63,701 nt of DNA, filler included, from Octopus bimaculoides (GCF_001194135.2; 7 parts of 7 records of this genome joined end to end with filler, not necessarily neighbours in it), one strand, 5' to 3'; shown: positions 49,892-63,016, numbered from the whole stretch's first letter. Numbers and translations are program-made. Notes: generated from the sequence alone by a model not told the origin.

Positions 49892-50485
49892 TATTATAAA
49901 GGGGGCCGGTTTATGGGGTTACCCTGGTTTTCTCACTCATAAGGGGTTTAGCCTTATGGCGTATCTTCAGACCCCAAACACTGCTGGCCTAAGACCTCTT
50001 CAAAATATGGATGGCGAAATGCCTCTTTATTAAAAACTTACACACACACATACAAGAGAACAAAATGCACCCGTGTTGGTGTCATGTAAAAGAGCACCAA
50101 CTTTTTATAGACAGGCATTTCCCCCTCCATATTTTGAAGAGGTCTTAGACCAGCAGTATTTGGGGTCTGAAGATACGCCACAAGAAGGTGTCGAGCTGGC
50201 AGAAACGCTAGCACACCGGATGAAATGATTAGCGGCATTTCGTCTGCCGTTACGTTCTGAATTCAAATTCCGCCGAGGTCAACTTTGCCTTTCATCCTTT
50301 CGGGGTCGATAAATTAAGTACCAGTTACGCAATGTAATCGACTTAACCCCTTTGTCTATCCTTGTTTGTCCCCTCTCTGTGTAGCCCCTTGTGGGCAGTA
50401 AATAAATATGAAGATATGCTACAAGACAAACCCTTTATGAGCAAGAAATCCAGGGTAACCCCATAACCCAGCCCCCTTTATAATA
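49892..50485. mobile_element. Foldback/MITE with nested inverted repeats and an inserted SINE
   Basis: Outer arms 49893-49949 / 50428-50484; inner arms 49957-50039 / 50099-50180. Confidence 0.8.
50185..50410 (+). mobile_element. SINE family B, full length
   Basis: gagctggcagaaacg..gaattcaaattccgccgagg..agcccttgtgggcagtaa. Confidence 0.88.
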
Positions 50486-50561
50486 CATATATACATACAT
50501 ATATATATATATATATATGTATATGTATATGTATATATATATATATATGTATATGTATATG

Positions 50562-50592
<31 letters not shown>

Positions 50593-50881
50593 GTATATGT
50601 ATATATGTATATATATATGTATATATATATGTATATGTATATGTATATATGTATACGTATATATATATATATATATNNNNNNNNNNNNNNNNNNNNNNNN
50701 NNNNNNNNNNNNNNNNNNNNTTAATTAATTAANNNNNNNNNNNNNNNNNNNNNNNNNNNNNNNNNNNNNNNNNNNNGTGTGTGTGTGTATCATTGCTCAT
50801 CTCTTTCTAATTCCGTGTCTCTGTCTGCATACACACATGCACATACACTCACACGCGCGCACACAAATAGGAGAGAGAGAG

Positions 50882-50932
<51 letters not shown>

Positions 50933-51275
50933 AAGAAAGAGAGAGAGGTCGAAAATACACAAGTCGTTATTTTATGTTTCTCAGTTTCTCGCCACAATCT
51001 CCGAACGATTATGAAAAATGGAAGATAAAATTGGCTTTAAATAAATAAGCAGTGGTGATGTTTGAATATCTTATCAAGATCTGATTGGATAAAAAGGAAC
51101 AAAAAGATCATATTAAAAGATAGCACAAAGAATTTTCCTTTCCCTACTAAGTTAAAAGTTAGATATTGTTTTGATAATATAAATATGTGGAGGGAAAGAT
51201 ATGGAAAGGTATCAAAAACGTGAGTATATGCTGTGAGAATGTAAAAAATAATAAAAAAAGCTAAAATAAAGAATT

Positions 51276-51306
<31 letters not shown>

Positions 51307-51671
51307 GATATACTTTTAGAGGAGAAAGATAAAGTTACGTAAAAAGATATAGACATGAAAAATATATTAAAAGATATGAAACAGGTCTAAAGCGAGTATG
51401 TCATGAAATGAATCACCAGCCAAATATTCTATGAAATTTATTCATTAATATCAGTAAACTTGCAGCCTCACTTTTCTTGAAATGAGACTACGTTCATTAG
51501 TTCACATACGAGGCTTATCATAAAAGTTTCTTTATTGACAAAATCCAGTTGCGAGTCTGCTCTAATGTTTGCAAACGTAAAAATGGACCATGAAATATCA
51601 TGTGGCATAATCCAGTTTTTATGCTAAACATACTAAAATTCCCGAGATGTGATTTTCTAAATTTAATTTAA

Positions 51672-52103
51672 AAAAAGAAATTATGGCGATCAATCATAGA
51701 TAAGTTAAGATCTGCTTGCTGTAAACATTTTACAAGCTGAGTTAGGAATTTTACCCCCGAAAACCTTCCTCCCGATAATAGTATAGTCTCTTTTTCTACA
51801 AATAATTGTATTTTACTTACATGTAACTTCAGTGTGCCAAATGATTGCCTTAATAACGGTAATTGCCCTTCGGAAGCCATAATGTTTATGCTAAGGCAAG
51901 ACCTGATAATAACAGCACGTCAAAATTGTACATTGGTTTTGACAGAGAGTTCATTGAAGACTATTTTCTATCAACATATCCATTTATTCAAGAAACTGGA
52001 TAGCAAATTTACAGAAACAGACCTTGAAAACAAATCGGATTTTAAAAAGAAACGAGAAGGAGTAAAACGGAAGAGAAGAATAAAAACGAAATGCACATAT
52101 TAA
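51672..52103 (+). pseudogene. Reading frame with one internal TGA; possible diverged Penelope RT remnant or terminal exon
   Basis: KLWRSIIDKLRSACCKHFTS*VRNFTPENLPPDNSIVSF..EAIMFML..IFYQHIH..ETDLENK loosely follows Penelope RT motifs; same strand as the GIY-YIG downstream. Confidence 0.35.
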
Positions 52104-52425
52104 ACAAATTATATGATGGTTTGCATGCCATATCTGACATCATTGCCATGCAGCTTTGCTGCAATTTTCTTGTTTCAAATACATATCCCAGACGTTTGGG
52201 ATAACCTTATAGTTCCTTCTCTAACTATTGTTAGATTTTTAACTTATGTAATTATGTTTTACTTTTATTTGTATATGTTTTTCAATTTTTGAAATTCTTG
52301 TACGTGTATGTATACACGTTTATATAGGCTTGGTAATATAAACTGGGTAAATAAAACTCAAAATATTACAAAACCTACGGATTTTAAATTTCGACCGGCA
52401 GAAGCACCGAGAGTTTCTTAAATGA

Positions 52426-53023
52426 CACAATCTGCATCACCAAAACGTTTTTAACATCATCAAAACAAATTTTCCAGTCATAAAACTAAGTGAAAAATTA
52501 AAAAATATAACTAATCAAATATTTATCTTAAGGAAAAGTCAACCACATAACCTAAAGAAACTATTAACAAAGGCAAAATTCAACATGAACAAACAGGACA
52601 AGACATTCACAATATCCAAGTATAATGATAACAGATGTGGAACGTGTCAATACATATATACTGGTAGATCCATTAGAATAAAAAATGGACAGATTTTTCG
52701 CAAATGCAGATATTAACTGCAAAAGCAGAAATTTGATCTACTGCATTGAATGCCTGAATTGCGAGGAAATATATATAGGCGAGACAGGTAATGCATTATC
52801 GAAACGCTCACGAGTCCACAGACAACAAATCCGGATCACCAATGTTAGCCAAATTCCATTGAACGAACATATAAAAACATGTGGTCAGAAAATGTTTCTA
52901 ATTTTTCCTTTCCACAAACTACATGACACAAGTAAAGTTGGAAGAAAGACAAAAGGAAAACGGTTTATTAAAATGTTCAGACCTGTTCTGAACGGAAATA
53001 ACAATAATCTAACAACCAGTTAA
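52426..53023 (+). mobile_element. Penelope-like element: linker, Zn motif and GIY-YIG endonuclease (one frameshift)
   Basis: NVFNIIKTNFP..QPHNLKKLLTKAK..RCGTCQYI, then NCKSRNLIYCIECLNCEEIYIGETG..R..H..LN. Confidence 0.9.
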
Positions 53024-53778
53024 TGATGTGGATTAAAAAAATAATTTTAACATATGAATATAAACAAATTACAGAATATCGGTACGCCTAGCAAACCGTG
53101 ACGTTTAAGCTGCATGCGGGTTGGTCAAAACCGTATTCCATAGAATTCAGCTTGTTGGAGCGTTCTAAGAGATTCTACAGTTTTTAAGAACCCAACTGTC
53201 AGTTAAATACATTTGAAATCTGATGCTTACTACNNNNNNNNNNNNNNNNNNNNNNNNNNNNNNNNNNNNNNNNNNNNNNNNNNNNNNNNNNNNNNNNNNN
53301 NNNNNNNNNNNNNNNNNNNNNNNNNNNNNNNNNNNNNNNNNNNNNNNNNNNNNNNNNNNNNNNNNNNNNNNNNNNNNNNNNNNNNNNNNNNNNNNNNNNN
53401 NNNNNNNNNNNNNNNNNNNNNNNNNNNNNNNNNNNNNNNNNNNNNNNNNNNNNNNNNNNNNNNNNNNNNNNNNNNNNNNNNNNNNNNNNNNNNNNNNNNN
53501 NNNNNNNNNNNNNNNNNNNNNNNNNNNNNNNNNNNNNNNNNNNNNNNNNNNNNNNNNNNNNNNNNNNNNNNNNNNNNNNNNNNNNNNNNNNNNNNNNNNN
53601 NNNNNNNNNNNNNNNNNNNNNNNNNNNNNNNNNNNNNNNNNNNTCACAAACTATGCGATTATATAAATATAAGAATTTCACCATAGTTTCAGGTCTCTCG
53701 AATTCTTCAAAAAATAACACTTGTTACATTATTGCACACATTAATATACATATATGTACGTAACACACACACAAATAT

Positions 53779-53822
<44 letters not shown>

Positions 53823-54008
53823 GAGCGAGAGAGAGAGAGAAAGAGAGGGAGTTTGCTAAATTCAACGTATTGATGTGTTAGTTAAAGCGTAGGGGAACGA
53901 GTCAGCGACAAGTCCTCCGAAGCTATGTCGGGCGATATATCACCTTGTGACGGCGATGTGACGGACATTAAGTGAAGACCATTCGAGAAATGAATTACCG
54001 CTTCATGT

Positions 54009-54541
54009 GAAATTTTTTTCCCACGTGAGTTCCGGACCCCAGTGGTGAACTCATTTGCGTACAGCCAATCAGAGCTAACCTTGATCTTGTCAAGTTAACA
54101 AACACACTCTACCATGTAAACTCAAGATGAAGAACGGTGTTGCAAGTCGACCGATCGCCAAGTTTAAAAGGAAACAAGTAATTACATGGATTTGCATCTA
54201 TACCTATTAAAGGATTTTGTTAGGACCCCATGTGGCAAAGATGTGGGTGGGAAAAATGTGGATGGAGGGTGATGTGCTAGCAACCTTCTCCCTTTACTGT
54301 ATTACAGAGTAAACAACAACACAAATAACTACGCAGAGGCAGCCATGGTTGAAACAAGAACAAGAACAACAAGCATTCTTAAAAGTGAAAAGAAGCATGG
54401 TCAATCCTTACCCAAGTGACCTTATCTTATCGCTCATCACTAGTGATGCGCTCATAAATTAGTTTGATAGTTGAGCTCTGATTGGTTGTATGCAAATGAG
54501 TTCATAACTGGGGTCCGGAACTCTCGTGGGGAAAAAATTTC
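54009..54541. mobile_element. MITE-like element with ~70-bp TIRs containing octamer and CCAAT motifs
   Basis: 54009-54079 is the near-exact reverse complement of 54470-54541. Confidence 0.8.
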
Positions 54542-54736
54542 GCGCCTCGGATGGTGCATCACGTGGTATTTTAAACATAACTTTGACAGCAGCCATAGTA
54601 ATAACAACAGCTCTATCTATTACTAGAAATACTTTCATTGCCAATAACAACAACATGTAACGTAACAATAACAACTGCAATATTGACAGTAACAACAGCA
54701 CTAAATGACGGTCACAACAATATCACCACTTCGAGT

Positions 54737-54749
<13 letters not shown>

Positions 54750-54768
<19 letters not shown>

Positions 54769-55412
54769 TTTGGCACAAGGCCAGCAAGTTTGNNNNNNNN
54801 NNNNNNNNNNNNNNNNNNNNNNNNNNNNNNNNNNNNNNNNNNNNNNNNNNNNNNNNNNNNNNNNNNNNNNNNNNNNNNNNNNNNNNNNNNNNNNNNNNNN
54901 NNNNNNNNNNNNNNNNNNNNNNNNNNNNNNNNNNNNNNNNNNNNNNNNNNNNNNNNNNNNNNNNNNNNNNNNNNNNNNNNNNNNNNNNNNNNNNNNNNNN
55001 NNNNNNNNNNNNNNNNNNNNNNNNNNNNNNNNNNNNNNNNNNNNNNNNNNNNNNNNNNNNNNNNNNNNNNNNNNNNNNNNNNNNNNNNNNNNNNNNNNNN
55101 NNNNNNNNNNNNNNNNNNNNNNNNNNNNNAGTGATATTGTTTCATATTTAGAAAAATATTTAGAGTAAAATTTAATAACTTAAAAATCAGTAAATAATGA
55201 TTTCAAATTTTGGCACAAGGCCAGCAATTTTGGAGTAGAGGGTGTAAGTCGATTACATCGACCTCAGTACGCAACTGGTACTTAATTTATCGACTACGAA
55301 AGGATGGAAGGCAGAGTCAACCTCGGTGGCATTTGAACTCAGTACGTAAAGACAGAGTAAATGCCGCTAAGCATTTTGCCCGGCGTGCTAAGGATTCTGC
55401 CACCTCACCGCC

Positions 55413-55444
<32 letters not shown>

Positions 55445-55870
55445 TTTGGCACAAGGCCAGCAAGTTTGGGGGAGGGGATAAGTCGATTACATTGACCCCC
55501 AGTATTCAACTGGTACTTATTGTATCGACCCTGAAAGAAGGCAAAGTCGACTTCAGCGGAATTTGAACTCAGATCGTAAAGACGGACTAAATGCCGTTAA
55601 GCATTTTGTCCGGCGTGTTAACGATCCTGCCTGCTTGCTGCCTTAATAACAATAAAAATAATGGTTTAAAATTTTGGTATAAGGCCAGAAATTCCAAGGG
55701 AGGGGTTAAATCGATTACATCGAGCCTAATGCACAAATGCTATTTATTTTATCGATCTCGAAACGATGAAACGATGTCGGCGGCATTTGAACTCAGAACA
55801 TAAAAACGGATGAAATGCCGCTAAGCATTTTATCCGGTGTGGTAACAATTATGCTAGCTCGTCGCCTTCA
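54750..55870 (-). mobile_element. Head-to-tail tandem array of SINE family B (3 complete units plus a gapped one)
   Basis: tttggcacaaggccagcaa-type junctions at ~54770, 55210, 55446 and 55673; period ~230 bp; (TAA)n spacers. Confidence 0.85.
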
Positions 55871-56498
55871 ATCAGTATATAATCATAAAAAAGATAATAA
55901 CTGAAAAAATATCATAAAAAGCAGAATCTTTTGATTGATCGCTGAATCGTGTTATCACAGATCAATCCGTGATAAACTTAACATGGTTCACAATTGGATA
56001 TATTGTTTACTGCGTTATCCCGGACCAGTGATGAAGGAAGCGTTGATAACATGAAAACGGATATATCAATAACTGTTAACACGAGTACAAACATTAATGA
56101 CACCACTAGAAACTCTATCATTTCCTGTCCCACAATGTTGCCTTTTCTCTCCACCTCCCCCCTTCATCACACACACACACGAAGTGTTCCTCAGGCAAGG
56201 CAGGACCCCTTCATATCTAATATGCGAGACGGTCGTTATATCGGTGTTTAGTTGAAGCCTTCAACCCAACTATTTTTGTTGCATGTGTTTCATTATCGAC
56301 ACTACTACCACGCATACTGTTACCGCTACCAGACATCGCAACTTTTATTATTATAACATTTATTTACAAATAATGGTGTTATAATGGCGTTCATTTACAA
56401 ATAATGGTGGACAATTTTTCTTTCGTTGTGGCCATTTTCTGTTTATTTGAGTTTTTTTTTTTTAAAAAAAACGCTAATTATTTTAACCGCGATTTGGC

Positions 56499-56546
<48 letters not shown>

Positions 56547-57016
56547 TACAATTGTTGCTGTTGTTGTTGCTGTTCTTATTACTGCAGCTATATTGTTGCT
56601 GTTGCTAATGTTGCTGTGATAGCACTTGTGGTGGTGGTGGTGGTGATGGTGGTAGCAGTGTTCTTTTAATTTTGATGAAAGCGGTGGTGGTGGTCATGGC
56701 GAAATTGTTTGATTTTAATGTTTAGACATGTTCTTCCTTTTGTTATTAATCACTACCAGATTCACTTGCTAAATACTTTGGATTTTTCTTACACCTCTCT
56801 CTCATATATANNNNNNNNNNNNNNNNNNNNNNNNNNNNNNNNNNNNNNNNNNNNNNNNNNNNNNNNNNNNNNNNNNNNNNNNNNNNNNNNNNNNNNNNNN
56901 NNNNNNNNNNNNNNNNNNNNNNNNNNNNNNNNNNNNNNNNNNNNNNNNNNNNNNNNNNNNNNNNNNNNNNNNNNNNNNNNNNNNNNNNNNNNNNNNNNNN
57001 NNNNNNNNNNNNNNNN

Positions 57017-57061
<45 letters not shown>

Positions 57062-57274
57062 CATGTGTGAGCGTGTGTGTGTGCACATGTGTGAGCATGT
57101 GTGTGTGTGCGCGAGCGTAAACCGGTGAACGTTTCCGTTGCTTATTCACATCGTTGTTGTAATGTTGTTGCTGTCTTCCCTCTTTGCTTATATCCACCTT
57201 TATCATTACCAAGCAGGGCGAGCATGAATATATAAAACGGTAATTCACACCTAACACACGCACACACACACACA

Positions 57275-57590
57275 TCATGGCACTCCGTCGGTTAGGACGA
57301 CGAGTGCCCCAGTTGATCCCCATCAACGGAACAGCCTGCTCATGAAATTAATGTCCAAGTGGCTGAGCACTCTACAGACACATGTACACTTAACGTGGTT
57401 CTCAGGGAAATACAGCGTGACTCAGAGTGTAACAAGGCTGGTCCTTTGAAATACAGGTACAACTCATTTTTGCTAGCTGATTGGACTGGAGCAACATAAA
57501 GTAAAGTGTCTTTCCCAAGGACAACACGCCTCTGAGAATCGAACGCTCGACCGTACGACCGTGAGCCGTGTACCCTAACCACTAAGCCAA
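57275..57590 (-). mobile_element. SINE family C-type, near full length
   Basis: Tail as at 48430; head gagaatcgaacgctcgacc..accctaaccactaagcca on +. Confidence 0.85.
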
Positions 57591-58310
57591 TATATGTTTG
57601 TGTGTGTTCGTGAGCAAATATATAAGTGTGTTTTGTGTGTAAATCTATTGAACACCAATTATTTATGCGCTATCGAACAATTTACACGTACAGATCAAAC
57701 TGTTTTGCCGTCTTGTAATGCTAATAGAGTTTATATATATATATATATATATAAATGACCTAAATCCTATTTCAGACGTTAAGTTGTGACGTACGTTTGT
57801 TTTATACGTCACAATGGCGATTGTGTAGTAGTAAAAACTAAAACAATATTTTTAACAATCATTACACAACTACAAAGAGTTCAACCGTTTAAGAATCATT
57901 ACAATATTTCGTAATACTTAAAATGTATAGGGATCAGGAAATAATATGCTTAAAATGAGGAAACGTAATATTTAAATGTAAAGGGGGTGAGGAAACAATA
58001 TTTTCAGTGTTTATATGAATTTTAAAAAAGGGCTCATGGACGCGCGCACGCACACAGATTTTCTATCTCACGTTATGCGACGAAGCAAAATAAGCGGACA
58101 TTTTATTGGCAAAAAAAAAAAAAAATTAGCATTTGAATCCAAGGGAGATAATTCACTTATACAAATGCAAATTAATTCAGAAACATTATTAAACAAAGAA
58201 AACATTTAAAACAATGCAGACGTTATCATTCTGTGTGCGTCATTTACTAATTCAACCACTCATAACGTTTAATCCAATTCATATTGATCAACTTTAGCGA
58301 TTCCCCTCAG

Positions 58311-58490
58311 TTCTTAAACGGTTTTATTGAAAACTTACTTAAATGTAATACAGAGTTACGCAAAACAAACAAAGTGGACTTAAGAAATCAATTAAAAACA
58401 CAGTTTTCCCCATATTTTGACATCCATCATATATTGCTACGTCATATAGATATTAGACGGCTCTTTTCTTCGACTTCATCAATAATGTTG
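58311..58490 (+). CDS. Possible 180-nt phase 0-0 exon (FLNGFIENLLKCNTELRKTNKVDLRNQLK..)
   Basis: ttcccctcAG acceptor, TTG|GTAATA donor, open frame; no family recognised. Confidence 0.25.
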
Positions 58491-58508
58491 GTAATAGAAA
58501 GTGTACGC

Positions 58509-58766
58509 CAGTGGCTCCCAACCATTTTTTAAATCTATGGCCCCCTTTCATTCCTATTCTACTCAAATGGACCCCCTATAGCCATTTGATGCTCTAAAAA
58601 TCCCGTTATATTTTCATAATTAAATATTATTAGGAATTGTATCAAAAACATTTGTTAAAGCATTTATGGGTTGTAGAAGTATAACTAATTTCTTGTATAT
58701 AAATCTTAACAATAAAATCTTATATGGACCACCAAGGGCCATATGGACCCCCGTTGAGGACTACTG
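58509..58766. mobile_element. hAT (Charlie-like) MITE
   Basis: TIRs cagtggctcccaacc / cgttgaggactactg; 8-bp flanks GTGTACGC and GTGCACAC (6/8 identical). Confidence 0.8.
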
Positions 58767-58975
58767 GTGCACACTGTCTGTCTGTCTGTCACAACCGCTG
58801 CGTCTCCCTCCTTCACTGTATGCCTGTCTGTCTCACTTTTCTACTTTTATCTCTGTGTAATAATCCTGTATGACTGTCTCTATGCATGTACATACATTTA
58901 TATGTACATGCGTTTGTAGTACGTATTTATGTAATGCTGTTTCTATACACCTCTCTCTTTCTCTCATATATCTAC

Positions 58976-59023
<48 letters not shown>

Positions 59024-59134
59024 NNNNNNNNNNNNNNNNNNNNNNNNNNNNNNNNNNNNNNNNNNNNTTAATTAATTAANNNNNNNNNNNNNNNNNNNNN
59101 NNNNNNNNNNNNNNNNNNNNNNNGTGTTGTTCAT

Positions 59135-59400
59135 TTCTTTTTTAAAACTTGGTGTTAAATCTATCGGGGCACTTTCTACCACGCCGCTAAGTTATGGAGA
59201 CGTAAACAAACCAACACAGGTTGTCAAGCGGTGGTGGGTGGACAAACACAAAGGCACACACATAGATTTGTATATATACATGTGTGTGTGTGTGTGTGTG
59301 TATACGACGGGCTTCTTTCAGTTTCCGTCTACCAAATCCACTCGCAAGGCTTTGGTCGGCCCGAGGTTATAGTAGAGGGCACTTGCCCAAGGTGTCACGC
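59135..59400 (-). mobile_element. SINE family A
   Basis: acgacgggcttctttcagtttccgtctaccaaatccactcgcaaggc..cacttgcccaaggtg. Confidence 0.85.
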
Positions 59401-59695
59401 AGTGACACTAAACTCCACACACGCATACATACATACAGACGTACACACACACAACGTGAGACGTACGTACACACACACAACGTGAGACGTACGTACACAC
59501 ACTATCGCACTCACTGATGTAGAAATCACACATACTCTCACACACACACATACATACATACATACATACATAGATACACGCATTTACACGTATATACACG
59601 AATTCAAACACGAGATCTTATAACACGCACGCAAACACACACACACACTGCTAGTGACGGACACACACACACACATACACACAGACACACACACA

Positions 59696-59732
<37 letters not shown>

Positions 59733-59761
59733 ACAGATCTAGAATCACNNNNNNNNNNNNN

Positions 59762-59792
<31 letters not shown>

Positions 59793-60039
59793 ATCTAGAA
59801 TCACTCGCGCAAGCATGTCCTTTTGTCAACCACTCATTTTTAACCACCGCACCTCGAAAAAAAGAACAAGGAAAAAAGAAAAAGAAGAAGAAACGCCGAC
59901 ACCACCATCATCATGATCACCACCAACCACACACACACACACACTACCGTACCCACCGTCTCCGCCATCACCACCAGCATCAACAAGTCGTAAGAGTAGC
60001 AGTAGCAATAGCAGTAGCAATAGCAATAGCAGTGGTATT

Positions 60040-60146
60040 CACGCGTCATACGAAGGCAGGAACTTCTATAGTTATATATAAAAGAGTCCAGCGAGCCAGT
60101 CAGGCAGTCATTCACAAAAACGACATACCGCGAGAGAGAGGTGAAT
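60040..60146 (+). promoter_or_regulatory. Candidate Pol II core promoter (CRE half-site, TATA, Inr) and short first exon
   Basis: CGTCA 60044-48; TATAAAAG 60077-84; GCAGTC/TCATTC Inr-like 60104-13; GAG|GTGAAT donor at 60141. Confidence 0.45.
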
Positions 60147-60408
60147 AGTGATATCTATATATATATATATACACATAGTATAACATATATATATATATGT
60201 ATATACACACTCGCTACCTCGCTGCTTGTAGACGACTGTAACACCGGTTTAATTGATACACACAGTGTCTTTTCTTTTTTTTACATATATATATAGAGAG
60301 AGAGATTTATATAGATATATACAGATATATATTCATATCTATATAAAATATATATTAATGTAAAAGAAAGAAAAAAATCTGTAATATATACTATAGTTTT
60401 TCTCTACC

Positions 60409-60445
<37 letters not shown>

Positions 60446-62380
60446 TATACACTTATCCATACATGAGGTTTTTTCCTATACCCGACGCCAAGCAACATCA
60501 ACACACCCGAGGCTGTGATTTAGCGAAGTACATAATAAACATTACACATACGTATATACACAGATACACACAAATATATATATATATATATATATATCTT
60601 ACATGAGAAGGGACAAGTCGTCCGATCATCTTTAAAAATCTGTTCCTGTGGCCGTTCCCTACCAAACACCAATATATATATATACATTAATATATTATAT
60701 ATAATATATATATTTAACGATGACAATATCAAGAATTAAGGTATGTATAAACCGTTTCTTTTTCCCTCTTGTTTCTTTTTCTTTTCTTCTTTCGCCATAT
60801 ATTCTTTGATGAGTTGGTGTTGTAGTTTTTAGCCCTGGGCCAGTGCCAGATCGAACGCGTGAACAAAACAGATCGATGACTCAGCGAGGTTCCAACTGAC
60901 AATCATCTCACCACACATATACACACACACACACACACACATACATACATACATACATACATACATACATACATTCATGTGTGTATATATATAAATAACT
61001 TTAACTATGTGTGTGTGCGCGCGCTCGCGCGAGGATTTTCTTGGCTTTTAAAGATGTTAAAGTTAGAGGAGATTTTGACTGTTGCCTCTAGCATGCCGTT
61101 GCGATTGCCAAAATCTCTTGTACGTGTTCATATATATATATATATNNNNNNNNNNNNNNNNNNNNNNNNNNNNNNNNNNNNNNNNNNNNNNNNNNNNNNN
61201 NNNNNNNNNNNNNNNNNNNNNNNNNNNNNNNNNNNNNNNNNNNNNNNNNNNNNNNNNNNNNNNNNNNNNNNNNNNNNNNNNNNNNNNNNNNNNNNNNNNN
61301 NNNNNNNNNNNNNNNNNNNNNNNNNNNNNNNNNNNNNNNNNNNNNNNNNNNNNNNNNNNNNNNNNNNNNNNNNNNNNNNNNNNNNNNNNNNNNNNNNNNN
61401 NNNNNNNNNNNNNNNNNNNNNNNNNNNNNNNNNNNNNNNNNNNNNNNNNNNNNNNNNNNNNNNNNNNNNNNNNNNNNNNNNNNNNNNNNNNNNNNNNNNN
61501 NNNNNNNNNNNNNNNNNNNNNNNNNNNNNNNNNNNNNNNNNNNNNNNNNNNNNNNNNNNNNNNNNNNNNNNNNNNNNNNNNNNNNNNNNNNNNNNNNNNN
61601 NNNNNNNNNNNNNNNNNNNNNNNNNNNNNNNNNNNNNNNNNNNNNNNNNNNNNNNNNNNNNNNNNNNNNNNNNNNNNNNNNNNNNNNNNNNNNNNNNNNN
61701 NNNNNNNNNNNNNNNNNNNNNNNNNNNNNNNNNNNNNNNNNNNNNNNNNNNNNNNNNNNNNNNNNNNNNNNNNNNNNNNNNNNNNNNNNNNNNNNNNNNN
61801 NNNNNNNNNNNNNNNNNNNNNNNNNNNNNNNNNNNNNNNNNNNNNNNNNNNNNNNNNNNNNNNNNNNNNNNNNNNNNNNNNNNNNNNNNNNNNNNNNNNN
61901 NNNNNNNNNNNNNNNNNNNNNNNNNNNNNNNNNNNNNNNNNNNNNNNNNNNNNNNNNNNNNNNNNNNNNNNNNNNNNNNNNNNNNNNNNNNNNNNNNNNN
62001 NNNNNNNNNNNNNNNNNNNNNNNNNNNNNNNNNNNNNNNNNNNNNNNNNNNNNNNNNNNNNNNNNNNNNNNNNNNNNNNNNNNNNNNNNNNNNNNNNNNN
62101 NNNNNNNNNNNNNNNNNNNNNNNNNNNNNNNNNNNNATATATCACTCTTTCTCTCTCTGCTTTTTTTTCTTTTATTCTTTCTTTCTTTCTTTCTTTCTTT
62201 CTATGTGAGTATGATATATATAAATATATATTTATATGTATATATATATATATTCATATATATGTGTGAGTGTATGTGTATGTGTGTATATATATGTGTG
62301 TGTGTGCATGTATGTGTTGTGTATGTGTGTAGATATATATGTATGCATGTATATATATACATATGTATGTATATACGTAA

Positions 62381-62422
<42 letters not shown>

Positions 62423-62772
62423 GTATATATATATATATAATACATACACATATATACATACATATATACACCTATGTGTATGTGTTGTGCATGTATATAC
62501 AGATACATATACAATTTTGGGAAAAAAAATAGATGATGCAAAAGATATGCTTTATAGATGTATACAGACACACACACATATACACACACACGCACACATA
62601 CATAAACATACATTTATAGTTATATATACACACATATATCCACATGTGGGTATATGTGTGTATGTGTGTGTATAATACACATATCATATAACATCCTTTA
62701 CACTACACAAATATATGTACGGGTACGTGTGTACATATACATATACGCATATACATATATACATACGCATAT

Positions 62773-62820
<48 letters not shown>

Positions 62821-63004
62821 TTACACGTTTAGTCATAAAAGCCGGTAACAACATTCATTCATTGCAAATCTCCCCATCTCTCTGTCTCTTTCTCTCTCTC
62901 TCTCTCTCTCTGTTTCAACTGCTCTTCTTTCGTCTCCTCCCCTTCCATCTCCGCCCCTCTCTCTATTTCTCTTGCGCCCCCTTCTTAATCCATCCACTCA
63001 CGGA

Positions 63005-63016
63005 ATGGGATATGAT
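63005..63016 (+). CDS. Possible first coding exon MGYD
   Basis: CT-rich leader, GC box 62951-56, ggaATGG context, GTAAGT donor 63017-22. Confidence 0.25.

Noticed and set aside
50166-50195. Hammerhead CTGAAGA..GGTGTCGA in the foldback arm
   Set aside because: The 3' stem strand comes from the inserted SINE head, and GAAA is absent
59654-60148. 164-aa ORF with K and H runs
   Set aside because: Built from simple repeats, crosses a gap and overlaps the promoter candidate
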